A stretch of DNA of 64,000 nt from an uncultured Hyphomicrobiales bacterium (GTDB lineage: Bacteria; Bacteroidota; Ignavibacteria; Kapaibacteriales; UBA2268): the NCBI GenBank assembly GCA_964524325.1, contig CAZGCT010000001.1, forward strand, positions 97,482 through 161,481, read 5' to 3'. Within the stretch, counting starts at the first letter, position 1, and each line of letters begins with the position of its first letter. The translations under genes and the position numbers were made by a program. The notes beneath the pieces were generated by a model. The model ran no database searches, had not been told where the DNA came from, and was given only the letters and a program-made list of their open reading frames with translations. This document shows, one piece after another, positions 40,291 through 50,000 of this stretch.

Positions 40291-41646
40291 TCATGTTCCA
40301 GCGAGATAGTCTTTCATATATTTTTCTTGTTCGGGTGTTAACTTATCGATACTTACACCCATGGACTTTAATTTCAAAGTAGCAATATATTCATCCTGCT
40401 CTGGGGGCAAATCCATAACTTCGATTGGAAATTTTTTGCCTTCTTTGTGGGCTTCAACAAAACGTAGTAAAGCCATAAATTGATTTGCGAAGCTCATATC
40501 CATTACTTCCGATGGATGCCCTTCTGCTGCAGCTAAATTAATTAGTCTACCTTGAGCAAGCAAATATATTCTTTTACCATTTTTTAGTGTATATTCTTCA
40601 CAATTTTCTCGAATTAGTCTCTTGGAAACCGACAGTTCTTCGAGCTCCGGAATGTTGATTTCTACATCGTAATGGCCAGTATTGCAAACTATGGCACCGT
40701 CTTTCATTTTTTCAAAATGCCATTTGCGAATAACATCCTTACACCCAGTAGCTGTAATAAAAATATCGCCAATTTCGGCTGCTTGATCCATTGTCATTAC
40801 TTGATGTCCCTCGAGCAAAGCCTTGATAGCTGCTGTGGGTTTTACTTCTGTTATTATTGTGTTTGCACCAAGACCCTTTGCTCGTTTAGCTACACCAGTA
40901 CCGCAATGCCCGTGTCCAGCAACCACAACGGTCTTCCCAGCAATTAGAACCGAGGTTGCACGTATTATGCCATCAAGAGTAGATTGACCAGTTCCATATA
41001 CATTGTCGAAATCCCATTTGGTTTCTGTATCGTTTACAGCAAAAACCGGATAAAGTAGTTTCCCAGCTTCTTGTCGTGAGCGAAGTCTGTGTACTCCAGT
41101 TGTCGTTTCTTCCGTTCCACCAATAATAGAAGTTTTCGCCATTTCTGGATATTTTTCGTGAACTGTGTTGATAAGATCGCAACCATCATCCAAAGTCAAA
41201 TGAGGAGGTATATCTATTGTTCTTTCAATACACCAGTAGAAGTCTTCAAGATTACCGTGCCAAGCAAAAATAGAAATATTTTGCTTCGCAAGAGCTGCAG
41301 CAACAGCGTCGTTGGTTGAGAGTGGATTACATCCGCTCCAAGAAACTTCTGCTCCACAAGCTACAAGAGTACGAATCAAAACAGCAGTTTCTTTTGTAAC
41401 ATGTAGGCACCCGGCAATTTTGTATCCTTTAAATGGTTTGGTTTTGCTGTAAATGTCGCGAAGGTGCATAAGTACAGGCATATTTGATTCTGCCCAATCG
41501 ATTAGTTTTTGCCCTTCTTCTGCAAGAGAAAGGTCTCGAATACAATATTTACCCGGTACTTCATCGAATTTTCCATTTGCTTTTTTGGGGGGATAATTTA
41601 CTACTGTCTCGCTCGAAGTTGCTTTTTTAGGTTTACATCTTGCCAT
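40291..41646 (-). CDS. ahcY: Adenosylhomocysteinase
   Basis: 451 aa. HLRD...CLHVTKETAVL, NAD-binding GHGHCGTGVA, and C-terminal PEQDEYIA..YLAG typical of SAH hydrolase. Has a ~30-aa basic N-terminal extension. Confidence 0.9.
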   Translation of the reverse strand: MARCKPKKATSSETVVNYPPKKANGKFDEVPGKYCIRDLSLAEEGQKLIDWAESNMPVLMHLRDIYSKTKPFKGYKIAGCLHVTKETAVLIRTLVACGAEVSWSGCNPLSTNDAVAAALAKQNISIFAWHGNLEDFYWCIERTIDIPPHLTLDDGCDLINTVHEKYPEMAKTSIIGGTEETTTGVHRLRSRQEAGKLLYPVFAVNDTETKWDFDNVYGTGQSTLDGIIRATSVLIAGKTVVVAGHGHCGTGVAKRAKGLGANTIITEVKPTAAIKALLEGHQVMTMDQAAEIGDIFITATGCKDVIRKWHFEKMKDGAIVCNTGHYDVEINIPELEELSVSKRLIRENCEEYTLKNGKRIYLLAQGRLINLAAAEGHPSEVMDMSFANQFMALLRFVEAHKEGKKFPIEVMDLPPEQDEYIATLKLKSMGVSIDKLTPEQEKYMKDYLAGT

Positions 41647-41669
41647 TTTTGTCTCCTTAAAATTAAAAA

Positions 41670-42827
41670 TTAAAGCAAAGTTTTAAACATTTCGACCAAA
41701 TCAAGTTGTTCCCAAGGGAATTCATCTCTGCCGAAATGACCATAAACAGCTGTTTGTCTATAGATTGGCCTAAGTAATCCGAATCTCTTTATTATGCCTC
41801 TTGGGGTTAAGTCTATATTATCCTTAACAAATTCCTCGATTACTTGTTCGGGGACTTTAGATTTATTGTGTGTATTAATGTGGATAGAAACTGGGTTGGC
41901 TATACCAATAGCATAAGACAATTGAATAGTGCATTCATCTGCGATTCCAGCAGCAACGATATTTTTAGCAATGTGCCGTGCAGCATAAGCAGCAGAGCGG
42001 TCAACTTTGGTGGGATCTTTGCCAGAGAAAGCACCGCCGCCATGTGGAGCTCGTCCCCCATAGGTGTCCACTATAATTTTTCTTCCAGTTAAGCCGGTAT
42101 CACCGTGGGGACCACCAATAACAAATTTGCCAGTTGGATTAACATAATAAAAGGTTTTGTTGTCTAAAAGTTCTTCTGGAATAACTTTTTTTATGACATT
42201 TTCAATGACATCTTCTTTTATTCTGCTCTGGGGAACATCAGGGTCGTGCTGGGTTGAAATGACTACGGTGTCCACTCTAAGTATTTCGCCAGTTTCAGAA
42301 TACTCAATTGTAACTTGCGATTTTGAATCTGGTCTAAGATAGGGCATCAAATTTGGTTCTTTCTTTCGAATGTCTGACAATCTTTTCACTAGTCGATGTG
42401 CATACAAAATTGTGGCAGGCATAAGTTCCGGTGTTTCTCTTATTGCATAGCCAAACATCATACCTTGGTCCCCAGCTCCTCCGGTATCAACTCCTAAAGC
42501 AATATCTTCAGACTGATGATTTATAACATTAATTACTGCACACGAGTTTGCATCAAATCGATAACCGTCTTTATCGTAACCAATTTCTCGTATTACTCCA
42601 CGTACTAATTGCTGAAGGTCCACGTATGTTTTTGTAGTGATTTCGCCACCAACAATAATAAGACCAGTAGTAGCAAAGCATTCACAAGCTACACGACTTT
42701 CGGGGTCCTCGGCAAGCATTGCATCAAGAACAGCATCCGAAACTTGGTCACAGATTTTATCGGGGTGTCCTTCCCCCACAGATTCAGATGTGAACAGATA
42801 TGTTCTTCTTGTACTCATAATTTCCAT
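41670..42827 (-). CDS. metK: S-adenosylmethionine synthetase
   Basis: 385 aa. [50 protein letters not shown] canonical MetK motifs. Confidence 0.9.
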   Translation of the reverse strand: MEIMSTRRTYLFTSESVGEGHPDKICDQVSDAVLDAMLAEDPESRVACECFATTGLIIVGGEITTKTYVDLQQLVRGVIREIGYDKDGYRFDANSCAVINVINHQSEDIALGVDTGGAGDQGMMFGYAIRETPELMPATILYAHRLVKRLSDIRKKEPNLMPYLRPDSKSQVTIEYSETGEILRVDTVVISTQHDPDVPQSRIKEDVIENVIKKVIPEELLDNKTFYYVNPTGKFVIGGPHGDTGLTGRKIIVDTYGGRAPHGGGAFSGKDPTKVDRSAAYAARHIAKNIVAAGIADECTIQLSYAIGIANPVSIHINTHNKSKVPEQVIEEFVKDNIDLTPRGIIKRFGLLRPIYRQTAVYGHFGRDEFPWEQLDLVEMFKTLL

Positions 42828-42835
42828 ATTTTTGA

Positions 42836-43813
42836 TTAAACACTATTAATTTCACTTGAATTGCCTACATTGATTTTGAAAAATGTGCCTTTTACCACAG
42901 CATTGTTCCCTACAATGGATTGTTCCAACAAGTATGATTCAACTCTTGCTTCGTCGCTAATAATTGAATCTCGTACAACGCTATCTTTTACAATTGCACC
43001 ACAAGCAACAGTTGTGTAAGGTCCTACAACAGAGTTAATTACTTCTGCCTTGTCATCAATAAAAACAGGAGGAATAATCACGCTTCCTTGTATATTTCTA
43101 AAGTATGGGTTTTTCGAAAGTAAAAACCTATTGGTTTGAAGCAATGTTTCGGGTTTCCCACAATCAAACCAACCATCAACCGTAAAAGTCCTAAATTTTT
43201 CTCCTTTATTAAGCATTAATTGTAGTGCATCTGTTAGCTGAAATTCACCTTTGGTTTTTATTTGTCTTTGCAAAAGTTCATCAAGGGATTCTTTTAGTAA
43301 ATTGGAATTCTTTATGTAATAAATACCAACAATTGCCATATCGGAGACGAATGTTTCTGGTTTTTCAACCAATTGACTAATATATCCGTCGGGGTTTGTG
43401 ATTACAACCCCAAATCTTTCGGGATTTGGTACTTGTTTCACACCAAGCGTTGAAATATCAAAATTCATCACTTGGTTAAGGTCAGCATCGAAAATTGTAT
43501 CCCCGAGCACAATAAGCAAAGGGTCGTTTTGAAAGAATTCAGAAGCACACCAAATTGCATGCCCCAAGCCTAAAGGTTCAGTCTGAGATACAAAATTAAT
43601 GTCGAGATTATATTTCGAGCGGACGAACTTCTCTATGTCATCCCCAAGGTGCCCTGTAACAACAACAAATTTGTCGATACCAACGGATATAAGTGAATCA
43701 AGTATGTGTTGTAATATTGGCTTCCCAGCAACATTCAGTAATACTTTGGGAAGAAAATAAGTGTGTGGTCGTAACCTGCTTCCAATGCCTGCAACTGGAA
43801 TTACTGCTAACAT
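42836..43813 (-). CDS. NDP-sugar pyrophosphorylase (nucleotidyltransferase domain plus C-terminal left-handed beta-helix)
   Basis: 325 aa. [24 protein letters not shown] (GxGxRL sugar-1-P nucleotidyltransferase motif). Hexapeptide repeats at the C-terminus. Confidence 0.65.
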   Translation of the reverse strand: MLAVIPVAGIGSRLRPHTYFLPKVLLNVAGKPILQHILDSLISVGIDKFVVVTGHLGDDIEKFVRSKYNLDINFVSQTEPLGLGHAIWCASEFFQNDPLLIVLGDTIFDADLNQVMNFDISTLGVKQVPNPERFGVVITNPDGYISQLVEKPETFVSDMAIVGIYYIKNSNLLKESLDELLQRQIKTKGEFQLTDALQLMLNKGEKFRTFTVDGWFDCGKPETLLQTNRFLLSKNPYFRNIQGSVIIPPVFIDDKAEVINSVVGPYTTVACGAIVKDSVVRDSIISDEARVESYLLEQSIVGNNAVVKGTFFKINVGNSSEINSV

Positions 43814-43965
43814 TTAAAATTGTCAAAATCAAAATTACGAAATTACGAAAAGATAGGGCAACTATTTTATTGTTGTAGCAAAATTTGAGGGAAATTAACT
43901 TTTGTCTCTAATGGTTTTTGAATATTTTAATTATTTTGCATTTTTAAATTCAATTATTTGTCTAT

Positions 43966-45588
43966 ATGAATTTTCAAGAATATGTAGAAACCCTAATCTC
44001 CAATTTCAAAGGTAGAAAAACAATTACAATTGATGACATTAAAAACTCTAACTTTATTCACCCCCAGTATTTTAATTATATTAATAATGAAGTTGGCAAG
44101 CAAATTGACGAGCTATCTTGTGTTCTCCGCAGTTTTAAATTTATTGATCCATCAAGCCAAGATACAAAGAATCTATTTGATTCATTTCTTTACGAATTAC
44201 GTCAAAGAATTGAATTTGATGTTAATATTTTACGACCTCTTTTGCTTTCTGCTTTAAAACTTCATTATAACTACCTTACTAAACCAATTTCAACCTTGCT
44301 TTTCTTTATTTTTGGTAACTCAACTAAGAAAACAAAAAATGATATTATTTTTTTGATTACCTACTTTACTGATTACAAGGAATTCCTTAACAAGATTCAT
44401 AAAGAAATTGAAAAACTTTTTGAAAATGAAATAACCGTTTACGAGTTCAATCATCTTGTTAGAGAAGTTGGTTTTGATTTCTTTAACACTGCAACAACTG
44501 AAGAACTTTTGGTATTTTTCAAACCAATTTTCGATTTCTTCGCTCAGGCAAACAAAAACCTTTTGCCACCAGTTGATTCATTGATTAGTCTTTTCGATGA
44601 TTTTAGGCTCTTGCATTTCTCAAATTTTTTAGAGGATTTTTGCAAAACAAATAACATTCAATACATTGACCTTGAATTACTTAAACACATACTTTTAGAG
44701 TCCTCGATACTTAATTTAAAGTTGTTAGAGATAAAAGAAATGAAGCAGTCTTCTTGTTTCGGAGTGAACAATATATCATTTACTTCAATTGAACCTTTTG
44801 TCTTTACATTACCTTTCGAGATCCCAAAAATCCCAGATGAGTTTCTATATAAATTTGGAGTGGAAGATGAGGTTTTGGTTGCAAAAAAAGAAGAGGTAGA
44901 TGAAATAAAAAATCTTTTGTCGGCGTTTGATTCAAAGGATAGGGGTCAAATCATTGAAAGCTCGGTTGGTTTAGTTGAGAATGTTCAGAATATTAACGAT
45001 TATTTTGGTCAAGAAGAAACAGAAAAAGACAAAGAAATTTCTATGAATTTAGAGTCGGAAACACCATCCGGGATTGAAAATATGGAATACCAAGACATTG
45101 AATTACAAGGAGTTGAATTGCAGGAAGAAGAAAGCACAGAAATTCAAGCTGAAGCATTTACTTTCGAGGTTGAAGATATTGAAATGTCTACCACCCAAGC
45201 AGTGGAGGATGGAATGGATACAATATCTATTGATGAAAGCCGATTTGAACCTGTAGAAAATGCTTTAGAGGTATCAGACAATTTTCAATCAACACCCGAC
45301 GATGCAATAACTTCCGAGCTGGATAACGTACCCTTAAGTTCTTTGTCTTTTAATTTATTAATTGGCGAACAAAAAAGGAAGCAACTCATAGACGAGTTGT
45401 TTTATACTATGGAAGAGGAATATAACAACTTGGTTGATAAAATAGATAGCGCCGATACTTTGGAAAAAGCGATGGAGTTTACTAATTCTTATTTTCAAGA
45501 TTTCGGGATATTTCCAGAAATGCCTATAGCAAAAGAATTTATTGAATTGGTGAAACTAAAGTTCTCTCAATCAAACAAAATAGAGTGA
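43966..45588 (+). CDS. Hypothetical protein with highly acidic, low-complexity C-terminal third
   Basis: 540 aa. No recognisable motifs. Residues ~340-470 are extremely E/D/S/T-rich (EESTEIQAEAFTFEVEDIEMSTTQAVEDGMD...). Confidence 0.4.
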   Translation: MNFQEYVETLISNFKGRKTITIDDIKNSNFIHPQYFNYINNEVGKQIDELSCVLRSFKFIDPSSQDTKNLFDSFLYELRQRIEFDVNILRPLLLSALKLHYNYLTKPISTLLFFIFGNSTKKTKNDIIFLITYFTDYKEFLNKIHKEIEKLFENEITVYEFNHLVREVGFDFFNTATTEELLVFFKPIFDFFAQANKNLLPPVDSLISLFDDFRLLHFSNFLEDFCKTNNIQYIDLELLKHILLESSILNLKLLEIKEMKQSSCFGVNNISFTSIEPFVFTLPFEIPKIPDEFLYKFGVEDEVLVAKKEEVDEIKNLLSAFDSKDRGQIIESSVGLVENVQNINDYFGQEETEKDKEISMNLESETPSGIENMEYQDIELQGVELQEEESTEIQAEAFTFEVEDIEMSTTQAVEDGMDTISIDESRFEPVENALEVSDNFQSTPDDAITSELDNVPLSSLSFNLLIGEQKRKQLIDELFYTMEEEYNNLVDKIDSADTLEKAMEFTNSYFQDFGIFPEMPIAKEFIELVKLKFSQSNKIE

Positions 45589-46913
45589 ATTTTTGTTATA
45601 AGCTCTTTACCTTTTCCTTGCTTTACCAAAAGTACAACTGAGTGGTTTGAAACAAATAAATAAAAAGAGTTTGCAAGTTTATCTGAAAAAGAAGCGACAA
45701 TTTTATTTAGTTTACTAATTGTAGTTATGTTGGCTTTCGACAAATTCGAACCAAAGAGGGCTATGGCATCCAAGACATCAAATTCTATTAATTCTTCGGT
45801 AAGAATATTTTCAATATTCTTTGTTTTACACCCTTTAGCCACTGAGTTGATATTATTTTGATTAAACCCAATGTGAATAATTGTTTCGAAGTTTTCTTCA
45901 ATTTTATTTAAATAGTAAGCGATATCTTTTGAGTAAATATCAATTTTCCTTTTCAAAAAAAAGCAGTCTTCAATTAAATGCAAAGAATTTATTGATGAAT
46001 TGTCTTTGTCCTCTATTTTTTGTAAAATTGTAGTACCTTTGCCGTTTTGGGCAAAAGTATTTAAAACTTTTAGTGGGATATTTTTGCTTACCGCAGGTTT
46101 TATTGTTTCGGGGTGAATAACCTTAGCACCAAAGAAAGAAAGTTCGGCAACTTCTTCAACCGAAATTGTTTCGATAACTTTTGCGTTTTCGACAACTCTT
46201 GGGTCAGCAGTCATAATCCCGTCGACATCAGTCCAGATTTGAATTTCGTCTGCATTAACTGAATAACCAAAAAGAGAAGCAGAGTAATCGCTTCCCCCTC
46301 GACCTAATATTGTAGTCTCCTTTCGCCAATTACCTATAAAACCTTGGGTAACAACAACGTCGTAGGTCTTGAAGATTTTAAGAATTTTTTCTCCGTTTTG
46401 TTTTATTCTATTTAAATTGGGTTTGGCTTTTAAATGGTAGTTGTCTGTTATGATAATTTCACGGGCGTCGAGCAAGAAGGAATTCTCTCCTTGCAAAAGA
46501 GAATAGTGGTAAAATATGTTAGAGGAGAGAATTTCACCATAAGAAAGAATTTCAGCTTTAACTTTTTCTGTCAGTTCTTCGAGTATTATTGCTCCATTTA
46601 TCAATTGCCATAAACTTTGCAAAATGTAGTAAATTGATTTAAAGCAATGAACAGACTTTTCAGCATCCTGAAATAATTCATTAACTAATTTTAAATGATG
46701 GGATTCAATTTCTTCGAATACTTTTTCATACTGTTTACCTTCTTTGCTTAGGCACACTTCAATAATATTAAATAGCTTGTCAGTAATTCCATGTGATGCA
46801 GAAAGTACAACAATTCTTTTTCCTGAGGTCGATTTAACTATGTCGTATACTTTTCTGAATGCATATGAATTCGCTACAGATGTTCCACCAAATTTCTGAA
46901 CTATTATGCTCAT
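45567..46913 (-). CDS. lysC: Aspartate kinase
   Basis: 448 aa. MSIIVQKFGGTSV and ILGRGGSDYSAS of the amino-acid kinase family (aspartokinase type), with C-terminal ACT-like region. 22-nt convergent overlap with the preceding gene. Confidence 0.75.
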   Translation of the reverse strand: MSIIVQKFGGTSVANSYAFRKVYDIVKSTSGKRIVVLSASHGITDKLFNIIEVCLSKEGKQYEKVFEEIESHHLKLVNELFQDAEKSVHCFKSIYYILQSLWQLINGAIILEELTEKVKAEILSYGEILSSNIFYHYSLLQGENSFLLDAREIIITDNYHLKAKPNLNRIKQNGEKILKIFKTYDVVVTQGFIGNWRKETTILGRGGSDYSASLFGYSVNADEIQIWTDVDGIMTADPRVVENAKVIETISVEEVAELSFFGAKVIHPETIKPAVSKNIPLKVLNTFAQNGKGTTILQKIEDKDNSSINSLHLIEDCFFLKRKIDIYSKDIAYYLNKIEENFETIIHIGFNQNNINSVAKGCKTKNIENILTEELIEFDVLDAIALFGSNLSKANITTISKLNKIVASFSDKLANSFYLFVSNHSVVLLVKQGKGKELITKIHSILFD

Positions 46914-47257
46914 TTATGCCTTATAACAATGTTATAAAATTATCCTATCAAAGTTTTTTAAAAATTTGTCTATAACCAATTTGTTTAACCCAACTAAAGA
47001 AAGTTGAAATTAAGACTAAAAAACGAATTCCTGATTAATTGATTCAATGATTCAACTCAAAACACTTACATTTTCAGCTATTTTCCAACAATCATTTATC
47101 TAATTTATTTCTTTAGATAAATTACCATAATTATATAAAGTTAGTCAGTCAAAATTGAGAAACTATTTTCAAACAAATAAAATCAAAATTAACATTTTTA
47201 ACCTCTAATTGAGCTCAATTTGTTATTTTACATTTTTACAACTTTCTGAGAAGTAAT

Positions 47258-48202
47258 ATGCAATCAAAATCAAATAGTTTAAAAATCACAATATCAGAGA
47301 AAACCAAAATCTTACTTTATGAATTAATGAAAAAGCCACTTGAGGTTAAGAAACTCGATCTTCATATGCGCGAGCTCGAAGATATACCAGTTGAAATTTT
47401 TTCCTTTGCAAACCTGCAAGAGCTTAACTTGAAAAACAATTATTTAAAAGATGTTCCTAAGGAAATCCTTGCTTTAAAAAAATTAAAAAAATTGGAATTG
47501 GGAGGTAACAATTTTTCACATTTTCCAGATGTTATTTGTCTTTTAACAAGTTTAGAATACCTTGACTTGAGCTGGAATCAAATTGAGGATGTTCCCTATT
47601 GCATTGGAAACTTGAATAATTTGCATATGCTTAGTCTTAATCATAATAAGATTAAGCTTCTACCAGATTCAATTGGGTTTCTGAGCAATCTTCGTGTTCT
47701 TGCATTAAACAACAACAAAATAGAGTTTCTACCAGGTTCTATCGGCAATCTTCAATTCCTTGAAGAGCTTTATCTTTTTGAAAATGAATTGAAAGAACTA
47801 CCCGAAACCCTAGGTAGATGCCAGAACTTGATTAAATTGGAATTGCAACAAAACCAATTAGAAGAAATCCCTCGTGAAATTGGAAATTTGAATAAACTCG
47901 AAAAGCTTCGACTTTATAAAAATCTTTTGAAGACCATTCCTGATACTATTGGAAACCTACAAAATTTGACCAAATTATTTTTGAATGAAAATCAATTGTT
48001 AGAAATTCCCCAAACAATTGGAAACTTACTTAATCTTCTTGAGCTGGACTTGAGTGGGAACGAGATACGTTCCTTACCCGATTCTCTATTTTCGTTAAAG
48101 CAAATACAAAGATTATCTTTGGAAAAAAATTCTTTTCCTAAAGATTATATTTATCTTTTAAAGGAAAAATTCCCTAAAACTAAAATTGAGTACGACTTTT
48201 AA
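47258..48202 (+). CDS. Leucine-rich repeat (LRR) protein, no signal peptide
   Basis: 314 aa. ~11 consecutive 23-residue repeats LxxLxxLxLxxNxLxxLPxxIGx (e.g. LQELNLKNNYLKDVPKEI, LEYLDLSWNQIEDVPYCI). Confidence 0.7.
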   Translation: MQSKSNSLKITISEKTKILLYELMKKPLEVKKLDLHMRELEDIPVEIFSFANLQELNLKNNYLKDVPKEILALKKLKKLELGGNNFSHFPDVICLLTSLEYLDLSWNQIEDVPYCIGNLNNLHMLSLNHNKIKLLPDSIGFLSNLRVLALNNNKIEFLPGSIGNLQFLEELYLFENELKELPETLGRCQNLIKLELQQNQLEEIPREIGNLNKLEKLRLYKNLLKTIPDTIGNLQNLTKLFLNENQLLEIPQTIGNLLNLLELDLSGNEIRSLPDSLFSLKQIQRLSLEKNSFPKDYIYLLKEKFPKTKIEYDF

Positions 48203-49173
48203 AAGCCAATAGAAATACCTAATCCAAAAATTTCTTTAAATTGGGTTCTTGGTCCGTAAGTATCGAATTTCCCATCACCATCGGTGTCCATAGGGATCTT
48301 TACATTATCATCGTAAATCAATTGTGTAGTTAAATTAATTGAGATAATTTTATTTACCTTAAACAAAATAACATTTTCCCAATTCACATCAATGTTTTGC
48401 GGTTTATTCAGAAAGTCAGAAAACAATTCAATTTTTGAAGTCACCATAATATTTTTAAGTAGCTCTATTTCGAAATCTTTCTTGTTAAAAAAGAACCGAA
48501 GGAAGCCACCAAATTCTTTTTTGAATTTTTCACCTTGTTTTACTAATGTTCCAAGGGTATCATAAACGGCAGGCTTAACCCCAAAGGCACCTTTGTTGGC
48601 AAGTTCTTGATCGTTAACATAGGTTATTCGTCCTGTAAATGGGGCGGCAAACAAGCTTAAAGTTGTATTTGGCTTCCAGTCAATCCCGAGAGCAGTAATT
48701 AAATATGCAGGTGAAAGAAGATTTGAAATTTTCTGAGTATCTTTTGAATAATTCCACCCAACTGTCATTTGTGTTTTGAAGTTCAAAGCACCAGCAACAA
48801 AAAAATTGTTTCTAACTTGAATTCCATATTTTGAGGTTATTTCAAACTTGTCGTCGGTCTTGATAAATCTTTTGCTTTCTCCTTGTTGTAGCAAACCATA
48901 GCCGATGTCTAAGTTGTTATCCCAAACAGAACTTTTGTCTTTGTAACTGGCAAACATACTTAGGAAACCCTGAATTGAAACAGAATTCTGACCACCTGCA
49001 GCCCAATTTGTAAGAGAAGTTTGAGCGAGGTTAACATTGATTAACCCGCCTTTTTTCCAGCCTATGGTGTCTGCTTTTGTCCCTTTCTGAATGATAGCTT
49101 CTGCTTCTTTTACTTGTGAATAAGTAATAGAGGTTAAGAAAATAAAAAACAATGAAAATAAAATCTTTTCCAT
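48199..49173 (-). CDS. Hypothetical outer-membrane beta-barrel protein
   Basis: 324 aa. Signal peptide MEKILFSLFFIFLTSITYSQ. Alternating amphipathic beta-strand pattern and a C-terminal aromatic residue (ISIGF). Confidence 0.4.
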   Translation of the reverse strand: MEKILFSLFFIFLTSITYSQVKEAEAIIQKGTKADTIGWKKGGLINVNLAQTSLTNWAAGGQNSVSIQGFLSMFASYKDKSSVWDNNLDIGYGLLQQGESKRFIKTDDKFEITSKYGIQVRNNFFVAGALNFKTQMTVGWNYSKDTQKISNLLSPAYLITALGIDWKPNTTLSLFAAPFTGRITYVNDQELANKGAFGVKPAVYDTLGTLVKQGEKFKKEFGGFLRFFFNKKDFEIELLKNIMVTSKIELFSDFLNKPQNIDVNWENVILFKVNKIISINLTTQLIYDDNVKIPMDTDGDGKFDTYGPRTQFKEIFGLGISIGF

Positions 49174-49208
49174 TTTTGGACCTTTATTATTGAGAAATAG
49201 TAAATATA

Positions 49209-49991
49209 CTATCTATAAACTCCTCTTGTGGAGCTTTGGATAAAATCAATGCAATATTGAATTTCGGAAAGTATTCCGTCTGGATGGGTTTCAAGGTATT
49301 TTTTTATTCCATCCGAGTTGTTGTAACAAGAATGGAAAATCAAACGATAGAACGAATCAATTTCTTTAATCACTTCAGAAGAAAAGCCTCGGCGTTTTAA
49401 GCCTATTTTATTTATTCCATCTACTTTTGGTGGATTTTCGCCAACAAGAGTAAATGGAGCAATGTCCTTTGTAACTTTTACGTCGCCCCCAACCATTGCA
49501 TGTGACCCGATTTTGCAAAACTGATGAACTTTTACAACTCCACCTAAAATAACCCAATTTTCGATGTGGACATGTCCAGCAAGCTGGACAACATTTGCAA
49601 AAATATTATTGTCACCAATTCTGCAATCGTGGGCAATGTGTGTATAAGCCATAAACAAGTTATTGTTCCCGATTATTGTTAAGCCTGTGGTTTGGGTTCC
49701 TCGGTGAATGGTTGAATATTCTCTAATTTCGTTATTGTTGCCGATAATCACTTTTGTTTGGGAGTTATCGAATTTAATATCTTGTGGTTTAGTTGCAATG
49801 ACAACGCCAGGGTATAAGATACAATTTTTACCTATAATTGCACCATTTGCAAGATAAACATTAGAAATTAATTCGGTTCCTTCGTCGATTTGAACATCAT
49901 CTTCTACAATACAATAAGGTCCAATCTTGACATTATCTGAAATAACCGCTTTTGGGGAAATTATTGCTGTGGGATGTTGTTTTAACGCCAT
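49209..49991 (-). CDS. lpxA: Acyl-ACP--UDP-N-acetylglucosamine O-acyltransferase
   Basis: 260 aa. Hexapeptide repeats throughout and the LpxA-type C-terminal helical domain. Immediately downstream of lpxC-fabZ. Confidence 0.8.
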   Translation of the reverse strand: MALKQHPTAIISPKAVISDNVKIGPYCIVEDDVQIDEGTELISNVYLANGAIIGKNCILYPGVVIATKPQDIKFDNSQTKVIIGNNNEIREYSTIHRGTQTTGLTIIGNNNLFMAYTHIAHDCRIGDNNIFANVVQLAGHVHIENWVILGGVVKVHQFCKIGSHAMVGGDVKVTKDIAPFTLVGENPPKVDGINKIGLKRRGFSSEVIKEIDSFYRLIFHSCYNNSDGIKKYLETHPDGILSEIQYCIDFIQSSTRGVYR

Positions 49992-50000
49992 ATGCTCCCT

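Noticed and set aside
42828-43965. Possible SAM riboswitch upstream of metK
   Set aside because: metK starts 8 nt after the upstream nucleotidyltransferase gene, leaving no room. The 152-bp region upstream of that gene is AT-rich, with no GC-rich conserved SAM-I/SAM-II core recognisable by eye.
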